64,000 bases of DNA from Candidatus Omnitrophota bacterium (GCA_011620275.1 WOZK01000012.1:31665-95664), one strand, 5' to 3'. Counted from the first letter of the stretch, positions 1 through 13,734 are shown. Numbers and translations are program-made. Notes: generated by a model from the sequence alone, not told the origin.

Positions 1-10
1 CTCTGCTCAA

Positions 11-286
11 TCAAACAGCTTCCAGTTTCTGTCCCTGTTCCAAAGTAACTACCGCCTTCTTGGTGTCGGAAGTCCGGCCTTCCTGACGCCGCACCCTTTT
101 GATCTTTCCCTTGTAAACGAAAGTGTTGACGCCGGTGACCTTGACTTTATAAATCTTCTCCACTGCCCGCCTGACCTGAAGTTTATTGGCGTTTATATCC
201 ACCAATAACAAATATTTATTCTGCCGCCCCATGCGCGTAGACTTCTCTGTGCCGAGTATGGATTTTACGACTTGATGTGAAATCAT
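11..286 (-). CDS. rplW: 50S ribosomal protein L23
   Basis: 91 aa; MISHQVVKSILGTEKS..KVKVTGVNT is a typical L23 sequence; sits after L4 in the S10 operon order. Confidence 0.93.
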   Translation of the reverse strand: MISHQVVKSILGTEKSTRMGRQNKYLLLVDINANKLQVRRAVEKIYKVKVTGVNTFVYKGKIKRVRRQEGRTSDTKKAVVTLEQGQKLEAV

Positions 287-930
287 TTGTTGAACCTCTC
301 AAGCAATACGGTTAAAGCTCCTTTGGTGCAGACTATCGTCTTGTGCGACAATAGCTCGTAAGCGTTGGTGTCGCCGGCCCTGGAGACGCGCAGGCCTGCT
401 ATGTTGCCGGCGGCCCTGCCCACGTTACCGTCCACTTTATCTACCAGAAGCAGGCATCTGATATCCGGGGTTTTCCGGGACTGTTTCATCCCGAGCGCGG
501 AAAGAACGGAAGCAATCTCCCTGGTCTTGCCGGCCGTGGCCTTTATATCATCAAGCACTTTCACGGCGTTCTCCGAGACTTTAACGGAAAAAGCCTCTTT
601 CAGGGCGCCGCGCTTGATCTTTGCAGGCAGAGAATACGAAAAATCCCTGGGATGCGGCCCGAAGACCACGCCGCCGTGGTACCACAAAGGATTACGGCTG
701 GAGCCAACCCTGGCGCGCCCGGTGCCTTTCTGTTTCCACGGCTTGCGTCCGCCGCCGGAAACTTCGCCGCGGGTCTTCGTGGAGGCTAACCCCTTGCGCT
801 GTCCTGCACGCAGGTTTACGATGGCTTGATAAATCAAAGAAGTATTTAGTTTATCACTAATTACTTCTTTGTCAAGCTTTATGCTGTCTACTTCTTTGCC
901 TTTTGCGTCTAAAACCGGTAATGTTATCAT
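283..930 (-). CDS. rplD: 50S ribosomal protein L4
   Basis: 215 aa; GGGRKPWKQKGTGRAR motif; operon context L3-L4-L23. Confidence 0.95.
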   Translation of the reverse strand: MITLPVLDAKGKEVDSIKLDKEVISDKLNTSLIYQAIVNLRAGQRKGLASTKTRGEVSGGGRKPWKQKGTGRARVGSSRNPLWYHGGVVFGPHPRDFSYSLPAKIKRGALKEAFSVKVSENAVKVLDDIKATAGKTREIASVLSALGMKQSRKTPDIRCLLLVDKVDGNVGRAAGNIAGLRVSRAGDTNAYELLSHKTIVCTKGALTVLLERFNK

Positions 931-960
931 TTTCTCGACGGGATAATGCTTCTTGTTGTT

Positions 961-1584
961 TTAGCTTTTCTTAACCTTCTTCTTTTTTGCGCTGCGTATA
1001 AGCACCAGCCCGTTTTTAGGCCCGGGAACGGCGCCTGTGACCAGGATGACGTTGCTTTCAGCATCTACCGCGGCTACCTTCAGGTTCTGAACGGTAACAC
1101 GCGAGCTCCCCATGTGGCCGGGCATGTGATGACCTTTAATGACTCTGCCCGGCGTGGTGCTGGAGCCGATGGAACCTACGCGCCTGCGGGAAGTCGAGCC
1201 GTGTGTCATCGGGCCACCCTTCCAATGCCATCTCTTCATGCCGCCCTGGAACCCCTTGCCGATGCTAACTCCGGTAACGTCCACGGAATCGCCTTCCTTG
1301 AAACAATCCGCCTTGATCTGGTCTCCGGCCTTGAATTCAGTCCCTGCGTCGCGCGGTATCTCCCTGATATATCTATGCGCCGCCGTTCCGGCCTTCTTGA
1401 AAACTCCGAGTAGAGGCTTGTTGCTCTTGGATTCCTTGCTTTTTCCGAAAGCCACCTGCAGACTCTTATCCTTCACGCAGAGCACCGGGCAGGGGCCGGC
1501 CTCGACGGCCGTGACCGTGATCCTCACGCCGCCAGCGCTGAATATCTGAGTCATCCCTATTTTCCTGCCTAATATTCCACCCAT
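961..1584 (-). CDS. rplC: 50S ribosomal protein L3
   Basis: 207 aa; N-terminus GILGRKIGMTQIF is the classic L3 start. Confidence 0.95.
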   Translation of the reverse strand: MGGILGRKIGMTQIFSAGGVRITVTAVEAGPCPVLCVKDKSLQVAFGKSKESKSNKPLLGVFKKAGTAAHRYIREIPRDAGTEFKAGDQIKADCFKEGDSVDVTGVSIGKGFQGGMKRWHWKGGPMTHGSTSRRRVGSIGSSTTPGRVIKGHHMPGHMGSSRVTVQNLKVAAVDAESNVILVTGAVPGPKNGLVLIRSAKKKKVKKS

Positions 1585-1650
1585 CTTGACAAATCCCTTT
1601 TTATTGTATAAAGCGGCGCCTCTTGCGCTGGAACAAGCGTGACGCGGCCG

Positions 1651-1953
1651 TTACTTTATCTCTACGTCGACGCCAGCCGGTAAATTCAGTTTTCTCAGAG
1701 AATCTATGGTCTTGGATGTCGGCTCGTAAATATCTATAAGCCGCTTGTGGGTAAAGAGACCGAACTGCTCCCTGGATTTTTTATCTATGACGGGAGAACA
1801 AAGAACGGTGTAAATTTCCCTCTTGGTAGGCAACGGAACGGGACCGGAAATCTTCGCTCCCGTGCGCCTGACCGTATCCACTATCTCTTCGACTGTCTGA
1901 TCCAGTAAGCGGTGATCGTATGCTTTAAGTTTTATGCGTATTTTCTGATTCAT
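1651..1953 (-). CDS. rpsJ: 30S ribosomal protein S10
   Basis: 100 aa; [25 protein letters not shown] is the S10 signature. Confidence 0.96.
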   Translation of the reverse strand: MNQKIRIKLKAYDHRLLDQTVEEIVDTVRRTGAKISGPVPLPTKREIYTVLCSPVIDKKSREQFGLFTHKRLIDIYEPTSKTIDSLRKLNLPAGVDVEIK

Positions 1954-1980
1954 CGGTTGTTCCGTTCAGTCTCCGCTCCT

Positions 1981-2009
1981 CCGCGGCCGGTCCTTACGGC
2001 CGGCCGCGG
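1981..2009 (-). promoter_or_regulatory. GC-rich hairpin between tuf and rpsJ, possibly a tuf terminator or S10-operon leader structure
   Basis: 10-bp perfect inverted repeat CCGCGGCCGG/CCGGCCGCGG around a 9-nt loop; no clear U-tract follows. Confidence 0.35.
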
Positions 2010-2032
2010 AAGCCGAAGATCATTCTTCCGTA

Positions 2033-3235
2033 TTAAGCGATTATCTCGGTGACTACTCCTGCGCCGACGGTATGACCGCCTTCGCGTATAGCGAAACGAG
2101 ACTCTTTTTCCATGGCGATAGGAGTTATCAGCTCCACTTCAAATTGCACGTTGTCTCCCGGCATTACCATTTCCACGCCCTGCGGAAGCTTGGACGAGCC
2201 GGTGACGTCGGTCGTGCGGAAATAGAACTGCGGCCTGTACCCGGAGAAAAACGGGGTGTGCCTGCCGCCCTCTTCCTTGGTCAGGATGTAAACCTGCGCC
2301 TTGAACTTGGTATGCGGGGTGATCGACTTCGGCGCGGCGATTACCATCCCGCGCTCGATATCTTTCTTGTCCACGCCTCTGAGCAGAAGCCCGACGTTGT
2401 CTCCGGCCTGCCCTTCGTCCAGGGTCTTCCTGAACATCTCTATTCCGGTAACGACGCTCTTCTTGACTTCCGGGCGCAGCCCGATTATCTCGACTTCGTC
2501 GTTGACCTTAACCTTGCCGCGCTCGATCCTTCCGGTACCGACGGTTCCGCGGCCCTCGATCGTGAACACATCTTCCACCGCCATCAGCATCGGCTTATCC
2601 AGTTCGCGGGTCGGCAGCGGGATGAACTCATCGGCCGCCTTAACCAGCTCCAGGATAGGCGCCGCTTCAGGGCTGTTGGGATCGGTGCACTGCAGCGCTT
2701 TCAGGGCGCTCCCCTTGATGATCGGGGTCTTATCGCCCGGATAGCCGTACTTGGTGAGCAAATCCCTGATCTCCATCTCCACCAGGTCGAGCAGTTCCTT
2801 GTCGGTTACGATATCGACCTTGTTCAGGAAGACTACCATCGCCGGAACGTTGACCTGCCTGGCCAATAGGATATGCTCCCTGGTCTGGGGCATCGGGCCG
2901 TCGGCGGCTGAGACCACCAGTATGGCCCCGTCCATCTGAGCCGCGCCGGTGATCATGTTCTTTATGTAATCCGCGTGTCCCGGGCAGTCGATATGCGCGT
3001 AATGCCTGTTGTCGGTCTCGTATTCCACGTGAGCGACCGAAATCGTGACAACCTTGGTCTCGTCCCTTACCGTGCCGCCCTTGGCGATATCGGCATATTC
3101 CCTTGCCTGCGCTTTTCCCATCTTCGAAAGAACATGGGTAATGGCTGCCGTCAGGGTGGTCTTGCCGTGATCGATGTGGCCGATTGTACCTATGTTCGCG
3201 TGCGGTTTACTTCTCACAAACTTCTCTTTAGCCAT
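2033..3235 (-). CDS. tuf: elongation factor Tu
   Basis: 400 aa; [10 protein letters not shown] and DCPGHADY GTPase motifs; full-length EF-Tu. Confidence 0.98.
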   Translation of the reverse strand: MAKEKFVRSKPHANIGTIGHIDHGKTTLTAAITHVLSKMGKAQAREYADIAKGGTVRDETKVVTISVAHVEYETDNRHYAHIDCPGHADYIKNMITGAAQMDGAILVVSAADGPMPQTREHILLARQVNVPAMVVFLNKVDIVTDKELLDLVEMEIRDLLTKYGYPGDKTPIIKGSALKALQCTDPNSPEAAPILELVKAADEFIPLPTRELDKPMLMAVEDVFTIEGRGTVGTGRIERGKVKVNDEVEIIGLRPEVKKSVVTGIEMFRKTLDEGQAGDNVGLLLRGVDKKDIERGMVIAAPKSITPHTKFKAQVYILTKEEGGRHTPFFSGYRPQFYFRTTDVTGSSKLPQGVEMVMPGDNVQFEVELITPIAMEKESRFAIREGGHTVGAGVVTEIIA

Positions 3236-3256
3236 TACGTCACCTCCTAAGTTTAA

Positions 3257-5350
3257 TTATGCACCCTTGCGTGAACTTATCCCTGCGACTATTTTCTCTG
3301 ATATATGTGAAGGCACCTCTGCGTAGAACGAAGGCTCCATTGTATAAGACGCGCGCCCTTGTGTCAAGGATCTCAACACGGTAGCGTAATTGAACACCTC
3401 CGACAACGGCACGTGCGCTCTTATAGCCCTTACGTTGCTTCTGGGAGTTATCGAGATTATCTTGGCGCGCCGAGAGCTGAGGTCGCCGATAACCGCTCCC
3501 ATGAATTCCTCCGGGGTGGTCGCCTCCAGGTCCATGATCGGCTCAAGCAGGAACGACTTAGCCTTCGCCAAACCCTCTTTCAACCCGATGCTTGCCGCCA
3601 TCTTGAACGACATCTCGGATGAATCGACGTCATGATACGAACCGTCAACCAGGGTGACTTTTATATCGGTGACCGGATAACCGGCGAGGATACCGCTTTT
3701 CGCCGTCTCAAAAATACCCTGTTTCACGGCCGGGATATACTCCTGCGGGATCGCTCCACCTTTTATTTTGTTCTCGAAAGTGACCCCCAGTCCGGGCGCT
3801 TCCTGGGGCTCCACATCTATGACCACGTGCCCGTACTGGCCGCGGCCGCCGCTCTGCTGAATAAACTTTCCGGTCACGTTCACCTTCTGGCGCACGGTCT
3901 CGCGGTAAGCTACTTGAGGCACCCCTACCTGCACATCCACATTGAACTCGCGCAGAAGGCGGTCGGTGATGATCTCCAAATGCAACTGCCCCATCCCCGA
4001 CATCAAGGTCTGGCCGGTCTCCTGGTTATAAGTGATGCGGAAAGTCGGGTCTTCTTCGGACAGTTTGTGCAACGACATACCGAGCCGCTCCTGATCGTTC
4101 TTGGTCTTTGGCTCGATAGACTGAGAAAGCACCGGCTCCGGGAATTTCATCGCTTCCAGCAGGATCTGGTTGTTCTCGTTGCAAAGGGTATCTCCTGTCT
4201 TGGTATCCTTCAGCCCCACTACGGCCACGATGTCCCCGGCGTAAGCCGCTTCGATTATCTCCTGACGGTTGGAGTGCATCTTCAAAAGCTTGGTCACGCG
4301 CTCCTTCACCCTTCGAGCGGCGTTATAAATATAAGTCCCGGAAGTCAGCGTCCCGGCGTAAATCCTGGTATAATTCAGTTTTCCCACGAACGGATCGGTG
4401 GCTATCTTGAAGCACAACGCTGTCAGAGGCGCGTCGTCTTCGGTCTTGATCTCCTCGAAATCTCCGCTGTCAGGCTTTGTCCCTTTGATGGGCGGCAGAT
4501 CCAGAGGCGAAGGCAGATAGTCGCATACCGCGTCCAACAGCAGCTGCACGCCTTTGTTCTTGAAAGAGGTGCCGCAAAGCACCGGCACGAATTTGTTCTC
4601 GATTACGCCTTTGCGCACTGCCTTCTTTATCTCCTCGGCCCCGATCTCCTGTCCGCCGAGGTATTTCTCCATGATCCCGTCGTCCGCCTCGGAAAGCCTC
4701 TCCAGCATTTCGCTGCGCAGGCGCTCGGCCTCGGCCTTCAAGTCATCCGGCCATCCCGGGACGACCTCCTGTTCTTTTCCGAGATCATCCTTGTAAATAA
4801 TGGTCTTCTTTTCTATAAGATCAAGAATGCCTTTGAAGTTCTCCTCCTGGCCGTAATTGAACTGTATGGCCGCGGCATTCGCCCCGAGTTTATCGTGTAT
4901 CTGTTTGATCACCTCGCGCATGCTGCTGCCGGTCCTGTCCATCTTGTTGATGTAGGCTATGCGCGGAACATGGTAACGTTCTGCCTGGCGCCAGACCGTC
5001 TCGGACTGCGGTTCAACTCCGCCGACTCCGCAGAAAACCACCACGGCTCCGTCGAGGACCTTGAGTGAACGCTCCACCTCCACGGTAAAATCCACGTGTC
5101 CGGGGGTGTCGATTATATTGATGAAACAATCCTTCCAGCGGCAGGTGGTGGCGGCCGCGGTGATGGTAATGCCGCGCTCCTGCTCCTGCGGCATCCAGTC
5201 CATGACGGCGTTGCCGTCGTGCACTTCCCCGATCTTATAAGTCTTACCGGTATAAAAAAGAATGCGTTCGGTAGTGGTGGTCTTCCCGGCATCAATGTGC
5301 GCGATGATACCGATATTCCTTAATTTATCTAAAGGTATCTGTCTGGCCAT
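3257..5350 (-). CDS. fusA: elongation factor G
   Basis: [26 protein letters not shown]; start chosen at MARQIP (ATG at 5348-5350), ORF track extends to 5380. Confidence 0.96.
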   Translation of the reverse strand: MARQIPLDKLRNIGIIAHIDAGKTTTTERILFYTGKTYKIGEVHDGNAVMDWMPQEQERGITITAAATTCRWKDCFINIIDTPGHVDFTVEVERSLKVLDGAVVVFCGVGGVEPQSETVWRQAERYHVPRIAYINKMDRTGSSMREVIKQIHDKLGANAAAIQFNYGQEENFKGILDLIEKKTIIYKDDLGKEQEVVPGWPDDLKAEAERLRSEMLERLSEADDGIMEKYLGGQEIGAEEIKKAVRKGVIENKFVPVLCGTSFKNKGVQLLLDAVCDYLPSPLDLPPIKGTKPDSGDFEEIKTEDDAPLTALCFKIATDPFVGKLNYTRIYAGTLTSGTYIYNAARRVKERVTKLLKMHSNRQEIIEAAYAGDIVAVVGLKDTKTGDTLCNENNQILLEAMKFPEPVLSQSIEPKTKNDQERLGMSLHKLSEEDPTFRITYNQETGQTLMSGMGQLHLEIITDRLLREFNVDVQVGVPQVAYRETVRQKVNVTGKFIQQSGGRGQYGHVVIDVEPQEAPGLGVTFENKIKGGAIPQEYIPAVKQGIFETAKSGILAGYPVTDIKVTLVDGSYHDVDSSEMSFKMAASIGLKEGLAKAKSFLLEPIMDLEATTPEEFMGAVIGDLSSRRAKIISITPRSNVRAIRAHVPLSEVFNYATVLRSLTQGRASYTMEPSFYAEVPSHISEKIVAGISSRKGA

Positions 5351-5360
5351 ATTCTTTCCC

Positions 5361-5831
5361 TTACCACCTGAAATGGGCAAAAGCCTTGTTAGACTCAGCC
5401 ATTTTGTGGGTATCGTCCCTCTTCTTTATGCTCGAGCCTTCGTTTTTATAAGCCGCTATGATCTCATCGGCCAACCTCTGATCCATGGACTTGCCTTTCT
5501 TGCCGCGGGCGAAATCCCGTATCCAACGCAGGGCTATCGAGGTGCCGCGCTCCTGCCGGACTTCGATCGGGACCTGGTAGGTGGCGCCTCCGACCCTGCG
5601 GGGTTTGACTTCCAGCCTGGGCCTGGCGTTGTCTATTGCCTTGTGGAATATCTTGAGGACATCCGGCTCGTTCAAGTGCTGTCTGACGATCTCGAACGCC
5701 CCGTATACTATGCTTTCCGCAACGGCCTTCTTACCCTCATACATCACCATATTTATGAACTTGCCGACGATCTTGCTGTTGAACTTCGGATCAGCCGCTA
5801 TTTCCTTTTCTTGTGCCTTTCTTCTTCTCAT
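5361..5831 (-). CDS. rpsG: 30S ribosomal protein S7
   Basis: 156 aa; str-operon position, typical S7 sequence. Confidence 0.95.
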   Translation of the reverse strand: MRRRKAQEKEIAADPKFNSKIVGKFINMVMYEGKKAVAESIVYGAFEIVRQHLNEPDVLKIFHKAIDNARPRLEVKPRRVGGATYQVPIEVRQERGTSIALRWIRDFARGKKGKSMDQRLADEIIAAYKNEGSSIKKRDDTHKMAESNKAFAHFRW

Positions 5832-5850
5832 ATCGCTGCTACGCTCCTAT

Positions 5851-6225
5851 TTAAGCTTTAGGCCTTTTGGCGCCGTATTTAGACCGGGACTTCCTGCGCG
5901 CGCTTACTCCAGCGGCATCGAGACTGCCCCTGACTATATGATACCTTACACCGGGGAGGTCCTTGACGCGTCCGCCCCTGACCAGGACGATCGAATGCTC
6001 CTGAAGATTGTGCCCTTCCCCAGGGATGTAGGCGGTGACTTCTATGCCGGTGGTGAGCCTGACCCTGGCTATCTTGCGCAAAGCCGAGTTGGGCTTTTTC
6101 GGGGTCATCGTCCTGACCTGCAGGCACACGCCCCGGCGCTGCGGGCATGCCTTCAAAGCAGGGGACTTCGTCTTCTTTTTCTTGGAGATCCTACCTAACC
6201 TGATTAGCTGTGTGATTGTCGGCAT
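5851..6225 (-). CDS. rpsL: 30S ribosomal protein S12
   Basis: 124 aa; [19 protein letters not shown] is the S12 signature. Confidence 0.97.
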   Translation of the reverse strand: MPTITQLIRLGRISKKKKTKSPALKACPQRRGVCLQVRTMTPKKPNSALRKIARVRLTTGIEVTAYIPGEGHNLQEHSIVLVRGGRVKDLPGVRYHIVRGSLDAAGVSARRKSRSKYGAKRPKA

Positions 6226-6229
6226 ATAT

Positions 6230-9200
6230 TTATTCCTTTACGGTTTCTTCTGCGGCAACAGGCTCTGCGGCCTCCACAGGCACGGCATCTGCTGACTTTT
6301 GTATTTTTATTTCCCGGTGGGTATGGAATCCCGTTCCTGCCGGGATCAAATGTCCCACGATAACGTTCTCTTTCAGACCGAACAGATCGTCTTTCTTACC
6401 GGCAGCCGCGGCCTCGGTCAGGACGCGAGTGGTCTCCTGGAAGCTTGCCGCGGATATGAAACTGTCCGTAGTCAGCGAAGCCTTGGTGATGCCCAGCAGC
6501 AGCGGAGTCGCCGAGGCCGGTTTGCCGCCCTTTTTCAGCACTTCCGCGTTAGCCTGCCTGAATGTCCACTTGTCCACCTGCTGCCCCACCAGGAACTCGC
6601 TGTCCCCGGGATTTTCTATACGGACCTTCTTAAGCATCTGCCTGATGATAACTTCAATATGCTTGTCGTTTATGCGTACGCCCTGCAGGCGGTAAACCTC
6701 CTGTATCTCGTTTACCAGGTACTCCTGCAGCACCTTGTCGCCGCAGACACGCAGGATGTCCTGCAGGACCACCGGTCCGTCGGTGAGCTGCTGACCGGCC
6801 GCGACCTTGTCCGCCTTGTAAACGTTGGGGTGTTTCCCGTGCGGGATGGCATACTCCCTTGACATCCCTGTCGGGGACTTGACGACAATCACCCTCTGGC
6901 CTTTTTTCGTCTCACCAAATTCTATGAACCCGTCGATCTCGCTGATAACGGCCGGGTCTTTCGGCCTTCTGGCCTCGAACAGCTCCGCCACGCGCGGCAA
7001 ACCGCCGGTGATGTCCCTGGTCTTGACGACCAATCTGGGTATCTTGGCCAGCATGTCTCCGGCGTCGACCGTCTGGCCGTCCTTGACCAGTATATGCGCT
7101 CCGACGCTGATCGGGTATATGCCCATCACCTCGCCGGCCGCGCTTGCTATGACGATCTGCGGATGGAACTCCTGCTTGTGCTCGACCACTATGCGTTCGG
7201 TCAACTTTGTGACCGGATTAAGTTCTTCCTGTATGGTCTGGCCTTCCTTGATATCCTCGTATTTTACTTTACCGCCGACCTCGGTAAGGATCGGGATCGT
7301 ATACGGGTCCCAGCGCACGAAAGCCACGCCCTTGTTGATCTCCGCCCCATCGGCCACGCTGATGAAAGCCCCCTGAGGAACGGTATAGCGTTCTAACTCC
7401 CTGCCCTGTTCGTCGTTGATGCTGATGCTTCCGTTCCTGTTGAGTACCACGAACTCCTTGTTCTTGTCGGTGACGCGCAGGCCGTGATACTTTACCATGC
7501 CCTTGTTCTTGGACTTGTAGAGCGACTGCTCTACGGTCCTGGACGCCGTGCCTCCTATATGGAACGTTCTCATCGTCAACTGCGTGCCCGGCTCGCCGAT
7601 ACTCTGCGCGGCCACGACACCCACGGCGTCTCCGATTTCGACCAGCCTTCCGCTGGCGAGGTTGCGGCCGTAGCACTTTGAGCAAACTCCCCTGCCGGAT
7701 TCGCATGTAAGAACGCTGCGGATACGTATGCGCTCTATGCCGAGCCTCTCGATCATCTCCGCCTTCTCCTCCGTGATCTCCAAGCCCTGCTCGACGATGA
7801 CCTCGTCGGTGATGATGTCCACGATGTTATCGAGCGCGACTCGCCCGGCGATGCGGTCCTTGAGGCTGACCACCACTTCGTCGCCCTCGATGATTGCCGA
7901 GACGGTAATCCCGTTAAGAGTGCCGCAGTCATCCTCCTCGATAATCACCTCCTGCGCAACATCCACCAGCCTCCTGGTAAGGTATCCGGCGTCGGCCGTC
8001 TTCAAGGCCGTGTCGGCGAGGCCTTTCCTTGCGCCGTGCGTAGAGATAAAATACTCGAGAACCGTCAACCCCTCGCGAAAATTGGCGGTAATCGGGTTCT
8101 CGATGATCTCGCCGGAAGGCTTGGCCATCAGACCTCGCATGCCGGCAAGCTGCCTGACTTGCAGTTTAGAACCGCGAGCCCCGGAATCGGCCATGATGAA
8201 AATCGGATTAAATTTCGGCATCTCTTTGAAAAGAAGGTCGGATATCTTATCGGTTGTATGCGTCCAGATATCGATAACCTTGCTCTTGCGTTCCCTGTCG
8301 GTAATAATACCCCGGCGGTACTGTTCTTCAACTTTGGAGACCTCCGCTCTGGATTCCTTGAGCACGTCCTGTTTCTCTTTCGGGACCAGCAGGTCGTCCA
8401 TACCTATGGATATCCCGCCCAGGGTCGCGTAAATAAACCCGAGCTTCTTGCTCTCGTCGACCAGCTGGATGGTACGCTGGTGGCCGTAACGCTTATAGCA
8501 GACGGCGACTATGTTGCCTACCAGGCCCTTATTCAACTCCTTATTGACGAATCCGAAATCGGACGGCAGTAAACGGTTAAAAATGACCCTGCCGGGAGTG
8601 GTCTCTATGATCTGCCTGCCGTCGATCCTGTTGCCTTCGGCAATGTCCATTACCTGGTCGACGCGCAGCCTGATCTTGGCGTGCAGATCCGCTTCCTTGT
8701 CCTCATAGGCGGTTATTACCTCGGAAGCGTCGGCGAAAATACGGTTCTCCCCCTTGCCGCCCTCTTTCATTTTGGTCAGGTAGGAAACGCCGAGAATGAT
8801 GTCCTGCGTAGGAGAAATTATCGGCCGGCCGTCGGCGGGCGAAAAAAGGTTGTTCACCGACATCATCAGCACCCGGACCTCGATCTGGGCTTCGAGAGAT
8901 AGCGGCACGTGAACGGCCATCTGGTCTCCGTCGAAGTCGGCGTTGAACGCAGTACAAACGAGAGGATGTATCTTTATCGCCTTACCCTCGATAAGCACCG
9001 GCTGAAAAGCCTGAATGCTCAGTCTGTGCAACGTCGGCGCGCGGTTGAGCATTACCGGATGGTCTTTAATGACCTCATCCAGTATATCCCACACCTCTAT
9101 CTTGCCGCGCTCCACCATGCGGCGCGCGCCCTTGATGGTATGCACGAAACCCTTCTCACGGAGCTTCTTTATGATGAACGGTTCAAAAAGTTCCAGCGCC

Positions 9201-10291
9201 ATCTGCTTGGGCAGTCCGCATTCGTTCAGACTCAATTCGGGGCCGACGACAATTACCGAACGGCCGGAATAATCCACGCGTTTGCCGAGCAGGTTCTGGC
9301 GGAAACGCCCCTGTTTACCCTTGAGCATATCGGAAAGGGACTTCAACGGACGGTTGTTGGCTGCGACCACGGCGCGGCCGTGCCTGCCGTTATCGAGCAG
9401 GGCGTCCACCGCCTCCTGGAGCATCCTCTTCTCGTTGCGGATGATGATCTCCGGGGCGTTCAGCTCGATGAGTTTCTTCAAACGGTTATTGCGATTGATT
9501 ACCCTGCGGTAAAGATCGTTGAGATCGGAACTGGCGAAACGCCCTCCGTCAAGCGGCACCAGCGGACGCAGGTCGGGAGGAATCACGGGAAGTATCTCCA
9601 GGATCATCCACTCCGCCTTGTTCCCGGATTTGCGGAAATCCTCGAGTACTTTTAAAGTCTTGGTATTGCGCCTGCCGCTTGTCTGCTCTTTTTCTTTGGA
9701 GAGTTCGCTGCGCAGCTGCTCGGCGTGCTTGTCGAGATCCACTTCCTTCAGCAGTTCGCTGACCGCCTCGGCGCCTATCATGGCCTTGAAGCTCGCGCCG
9801 TATTTGACGACGGCTTCCTGATACTGCTCTTCAGTCAAAAGCTCCTTTTTCTTCAACGGGGAGTCGCCCGGATCAACCACCACGTATTCCTCGTAATAAA
9901 TCACCTTCTCCAGGTCGCGCAGACCTATATCGAGGATAGCGGAAAGGCGCGAAGGCACCGCCTTGAAAAACCAGATATGCGTGACAGGCGCGGCCAGCTC
10001 AATGTGACCCATGCGGTCCCTGCGCACGGAAGAATGATCCACGGTGACCCCGCAGCGGTCACAGGTAATTCCCTTGAATTTTATTCCTTTATACTTTCCG
10101 CAGTTGCATTCCCAGTCCCTGACGGGGCCGAATATCTTCTCGCAGAACAACCCGTCTTTTTCCGGTTTCAGCGTGCGGTAGTTTATAGTCTCCGCTTTTT
10201 TTACCTCGCCCTTGGACCAGCTCCTGATCACCTGGGGCGAAGCGATCTTGATCGAAATACGGTCAAAGGAATTAATTTCTTCCATTTTCAC
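6230..10291 (-). CDS. rpoC: DNA-directed RNA polymerase subunit beta'
   Basis: 1353 aa; Zn-finger [20 protein letters not shown] and NADFDGDQM catalytic motif. Confidence 0.98.
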   Translation of the reverse strand: MKMEEINSFDRISIKIASPQVIRSWSKGEVKKAETINYRTLKPEKDGLFCEKIFGPVRDWECNCGKYKGIKFKGITCDRCGVTVDHSSVRRDRMGHIELAAPVTHIWFFKAVPSRLSAILDIGLRDLEKVIYYEEYVVVDPGDSPLKKKELLTEEQYQEAVVKYGASFKAMIGAEAVSELLKEVDLDKHAEQLRSELSKEKEQTSGRRNTKTLKVLEDFRKSGNKAEWMILEILPVIPPDLRPLVPLDGGRFASSDLNDLYRRVINRNNRLKKLIELNAPEIIIRNEKRMLQEAVDALLDNGRHGRAVVAANNRPLKSLSDMLKGKQGRFRQNLLGKRVDYSGRSVIVVGPELSLNECGLPKQMALELFEPFIIKKLREKGFVHTIKGARRMVERGKIEVWDILDEVIKDHPVMLNRAPTLHRLSIQAFQPVLIEGKAIKIHPLVCTAFNADFDGDQMAVHVPLSLEAQIEVRVLMMSVNNLFSPADGRPIISPTQDIILGVSYLTKMKEGGKGENRIFADASEVITAYEDKEADLHAKIRLRVDQVMDIAEGNRIDGRQIIETTPGRVIFNRLLPSDFGFVNKELNKGLVGNIVAVCYKRYGHQRTIQLVDESKKLGFIYATLGGISIGMDDLLVPKEKQDVLKESRAEVSKVEEQYRRGIITDRERKSKVIDIWTHTTDKISDLLFKEMPKFNPIFIMADSGARGSKLQVRQLAGMRGLMAKPSGEIIENPITANFREGLTVLEYFISTHGARKGLADTALKTADAGYLTRRLVDVAQEVIIEEDDCGTLNGITVSAIIEGDEVVVSLKDRIAGRVALDNIVDIITDEVIVEQGLEITEEKAEMIERLGIERIRIRSVLTCESGRGVCSKCYGRNLASGRLVEIGDAVGVVAAQSIGEPGTQLTMRTFHIGGTASRTVEQSLYKSKNKGMVKYHGLRVTDKNKEFVVLNRNGSISINDEQGRELERYTVPQGAFISVADGAEINKGVAFVRWDPYTIPILTEVGGKVKYEDIKEGQTIQEELNPVTKLTERIVVEHKQEFHPQIVIASAAGEVMGIYPISVGAHILVKDGQTVDAGDMLAKIPRLVVKTRDITGGLPRVAELFEARRPKDPAVISEIDGFIEFGETKKGQRVIVVKSPTGMSREYAIPHGKHPNVYKADKVAAGQQLTDGPVVLQDILRVCGDKVLQEYLVNEIQEVYRLQGVRINDKHIEVIIRQMLKKVRIENPGDSEFLVGQQVDKWTFRQANAEVLKKGGKPASATPLLLGITKASLTTDSFISAASFQETTRVLTEAAAAGKKDDLFGLKENVIVGHLIPAGTGFHTHREIKIQKSADAVPVEAAEPVAAEETVKE

Positions 10292-13200
10292 TTTCCTTCT
10301 TCTCCGTGCGAATGTCCAGGCACAGTCCTTGTAATTCCTTTATCAGGACGTTGAACGATTCCGGCGTCCCGTATGTTAGCCTTTGTTCGCCCTTGACTAT
10401 GGCTTCGTATATATGCGTCCTGCCGGTAACGTCGTCGCTCTTGACGGTAAGCATCTCCTGCAGGGTGAACGCCGCGCCGTAAGCCTCCAGGGCCCAAACT
10501 TCCATCTCTCCCAGCCTCTGGCCTCCGAACTGGGCCTTGCCGCCGAGCGGCTGCTGTGTGACGAGGGAATACGGCCCTATTGAACGGGCATGTATCTTTT
10601 CGTCCACCAGATGAATGAGCTTCATAATATAAATGTACCCCACACAGACCTTCTGGTCGAACTTCTCCCCGGTAAAGCCGTCGTAAAGGTTTATCTTGCC
10701 TTCTTCCGGCAGGTTCGCCTTGCGCAGAAGTTCCTTGATCTCCGCCTCGCTGGCTCCGTCGAAAACCGGGGTGTCCACCGAAAACCCGAGCGCCTTTGCC
10801 GCCCATCCCAGATGCGTCTCCAAGATCTGGCCGACGTTCATGCGGGAAGGAACGCCCAGAGGATTCAGCACCACCTCAACCGGCCTTCCGTCCGGAAGAA
10901 AAGGCATATCTTCCTCGGGAAGGATGCGCGCGACCACGCCCTTGTTGCCGTGGCGGCCAGCGAGTTTGTCTCCCTGGGAGAGCCTGCGCTTTGTGGCGAT
11001 GTAAACCACGACCCGTTTCAACACACCGGGAGGCAGTTCATCGCCGCGTTTGACCCTGTCGATCTCCTGTTCCTGCTCGGAGAGCAATTCCTGGAGCTGT
11101 TCGTCGAAAGAAGCCGCTATTATCCTGGCTTCTTCGTTCTGATCGATGTCTATCACCGGGACCTTCTTCTTATCCACACCCAGGAACTGACTGAGCCTGT
11201 TGATCTTCTCGTTCTCGACGAACTCTATCTCCTGCCTATAATAGGCCTTGATCTCCTTTATACGCGCGAGCTCGGAGGTCTTCTCATCCTTGGATTTCCT
11301 GCCGCGGTCCTTGCGCTGAAAAATGTGCACGTCAACCACCACGCCCTCGACCCCGGGCGGAACGGCAAGAGACGTGTCGCGCACGTCGGAAGCCTTTTCG
11401 CCGAATATGGCGCGCAGCAGACGCTCTTCCGGCGATAATTCAGACTCCGTCTTGGGAGTGACCTTGCCGACCAGAATGTCCCCCGCCCCGACCTCGGCTC
11501 CGATGCGCACCACGCCGTCTTCGTCGAGGTTTTTCAGCGACTCCTCGCTGACATTGGGGATATCCCTGGTTATCTCCTCGTTGCCGAGGCGAGTCTCCGT
11601 CGCTTCTATCTCGAACTCCTCTATGTGTATCGAGGTAAACAGGTCCTCCCGGACCACCTTCTCGCTTATCAGTATGGCGTCCTCGAAGTTGTAACCTCTC
11701 CAGGGCATGAAAGCGCAGAGCAGGTTGCGGCCGAGGGCCAGTTCGCCTTTGCGCGTGCTGGTGCCGTCCGCCAGTACCTGCCCCTTCTCCACGTGCTCTC
11801 CGAGCTTGACGATCGGCCTCTGATTGAAACAAGTATCGGCGTTGGTCCTCTGGAACTTCTTTAAATGGTATATTCTTTTGCCTACCGTTATGGTAGAGGC
11901 GTCCACGCTGGTGATCTTGCCCGAATCCTCGGCGATCACCACGACCCCGGAATCGCGCGCGACCTTCCCTTCCATCTGCGTCCCCACCAGAGGAGCTTCC
12001 GGCACCATCAACGGCACGGCCTGTCTCTGCATGTTCGAACCCATCAGGGCGCGGTTAGCGTCGTCATGCTCGAGAAACGGGATAAGCGACGCGGCGACGG
12101 AAACCAACTGTTTAGGCGAGACGTCCATATACTGGACTTTATTGGGATGCACTTTCGGGAAATCGTCCCTGAAACGGCATGAAACTTCTTTCTCCAGGAA
12201 ATTTCCGTCGGAATCGATGGTGGCGTTGGCCTGGGCGATGATCTTATCCTCTTCCAGGTCTGCCGTGAGATATTCTATCTTGCGGGTCACCCTGCCGTTC
12301 TCGACTTTCCTGTAAGGCGTTTCCAGCAGCCCGAGCGCATTTACCCTGGCGTAACAACTCAAGGAGGAAATCAAACCGATATTCGGGCCTTCCGGGGTTT
12401 CTATGGGACAGATACGACCGTAATGCGAAGGATGTATGTCCCTGACCTCGAAGCCGGCCCTCTCCCTGGACAAACCTCCGGGGCCGAGCGCGCTCAGCCT
12501 TCTTTTATGCGTCATCTCGGCCAGGGGATTTATCTGGTCCATGAACTGGGACAGCTGGCTGCGCGAAAAGAAATCCCTGATCTGATTGGAAAGCAGTTTG
12601 GAATTAACGAGGTAATGCACGTTAAGGTTTTCCATCTCTCCCAGCAGGCTGATTCTCTCGACTATGGAACGTTCGACCCTGGAGAGACCGATCCTGACCT
12701 GGTTCTGCACGAGTTCGCCGACTGTCTTGACTCTGCGGTTACCCAGATGGTCTATATCGTCTATCTTGCCTTCCCCGCTCTTAAGCCTGATCAGATACTC
12801 GATGACCTTGATTACCGTGGCCGAATCCAGCACCCGCTTGTCCAGGGGGACATCCATCCCAAGCTTGCGGTTGAGGATGAAACGGCCGGCCTTTTCCAGG
12901 TCATACCTGGCGGGATCGAAGAACAAACGGTAAAAAAGCGCTTCCGCCGCCTCGCGCGTCACCGGTTCGCTGGGGCGCATCTTGCGGTAGAAATCTATAT
13001 AAGCTTCCTCTTTATTACGCGTGGAGTCTTTCTTAAGGGTATTCTCTATCTCCGGATACTGCTTGCCGAACACGGCTATGATCTCCTTGTCGGAAGAATA
13101 ACCCAGTATCCTCAATATCTGCGTGGCGGGAAAATTGCGGCGTCGGTCAACATAGGCGAGGATCGTCTCTGAAAGGTCATGTTTGAATTCCAGCCAAGCG

Positions 13201-13694
13201 CCCCTGTAGGGTATGATCCTGCCGTAAAATATCTTCTTGCCGGTGGGATGGTCCTCTTCCTCGAAGGAAACGCCGGGCGAACGCTGCAGCTGGCTGACGA
13301 CCACCCGTTCGTCACCGTTTATAATGAAAGTCCCGGTATCGGTCATCAGCGGGATCTCGCCGAAATAAGCCTCTTGTTCCTTGGCCTCCCGGGCGGTAGT
13401 CAGGCGGAAACGCACTTTCAAAGGCGCCCCGAAAGTGACCGAACGCCTCTTGGATTCCGGCAGATCATACTTGGGTTTTCCGAGCGAATAACTGAGGTAC
13501 TCCAGTTTTACGGAACGGTCCTGGTTCTCTATGGGAAATATCTCCTCGAAAACCTCCTGCAGCCCCTGACGCTTGCGTTCCGCCGCCGGCACATCTATCT
13601 GCAGGAAATCACGATACGACCCAAGCTGCATATCCAGCAAATGGGGCAGATCGTATGTTTCCTTCAGCTTACCGAAACTCTTTCTTTTCGCCAT
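10272..13694 (-). CDS. rpoB: DNA-directed RNA polymerase subunit beta
   Basis: 1140 aa; rpoB family sequence upstream of rpoC, overlapping it by 20 nt. Confidence 0.98.
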   Translation of the reverse strand: MAKRKSFGKLKETYDLPHLLDMQLGSYRDFLQIDVPAAERKRQGLQEVFEEIFPIENQDRSVKLEYLSYSLGKPKYDLPESKRRSVTFGAPLKVRFRLTTAREAKEQEAYFGEIPLMTDTGTFIINGDERVVVSQLQRSPGVSFEEEDHPTGKKIFYGRIIPYRGAWLEFKHDLSETILAYVDRRRNFPATQILRILGYSSDKEIIAVFGKQYPEIENTLKKDSTRNKEEAYIDFYRKMRPSEPVTREAAEALFYRLFFDPARYDLEKAGRFILNRKLGMDVPLDKRVLDSATVIKVIEYLIRLKSGEGKIDDIDHLGNRRVKTVGELVQNQVRIGLSRVERSIVERISLLGEMENLNVHYLVNSKLLSNQIRDFFSRSQLSQFMDQINPLAEMTHKRRLSALGPGGLSRERAGFEVRDIHPSHYGRICPIETPEGPNIGLISSLSCYARVNALGLLETPYRKVENGRVTRKIEYLTADLEEDKIIAQANATIDSDGNFLEKEVSCRFRDDFPKVHPNKVQYMDVSPKQLVSVAASLIPFLEHDDANRALMGSNMQRQAVPLMVPEAPLVGTQMEGKVARDSGVVVIAEDSGKITSVDASTITVGKRIYHLKKFQRTNADTCFNQRPIVKLGEHVEKGQVLADGTSTRKGELALGRNLLCAFMPWRGYNFEDAILISEKVVREDLFTSIHIEEFEIEATETRLGNEEITRDIPNVSEESLKNLDEDGVVRIGAEVGAGDILVGKVTPKTESELSPEERLLRAIFGEKASDVRDTSLAVPPGVEGVVVDVHIFQRKDRGRKSKDEKTSELARIKEIKAYYRQEIEFVENEKINRLSQFLGVDKKKVPVIDIDQNEEARIIAASFDEQLQELLSEQEQEIDRVKRGDELPPGVLKRVVVYIATKRRLSQGDKLAGRHGNKGVVARILPEEDMPFLPDGRPVEVVLNPLGVPSRMNVGQILETHLGWAAKALGFSVDTPVFDGASEAEIKELLRKANLPEEGKINLYDGFTGEKFDQKVCVGYIYIMKLIHLVDEKIHARSIGPYSLVTQQPLGGKAQFGGQRLGEMEVWALEAYGAAFTLQEMLTVKSDDVTGRTHIYEAIVKGEQRLTYGTPESFNVLIKELQGLCLDIRTEKKESENGRN

Positions 13695-13734
13695 GGTTAT
13701 TCCCGACCTTCTCTATAAATAACTCCCGAAACTT

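Noticed and set aside
3632-5068. Long plus-strand ORFs, including this 478-aa one antisense to fusA; others are 30553-32118 (521 aa), 32514-34028 (504 aa), 42153-43160 (335 aa), 57438-58688 (416 aa), 53396-54505 (369 aa) and 56368-57261 (297 aa)
   Set aside because: Each lies entirely antisense to a strongly conserved, full-length minus-strand gene (fusA, hisD/alaS, hppA, hom, lysC, thrC). The translations are low-complexity and Arg/Pro/Gly-rich, as expected for stop-poor antisense frames in GC-rich DNA, and have no recognisable domains.
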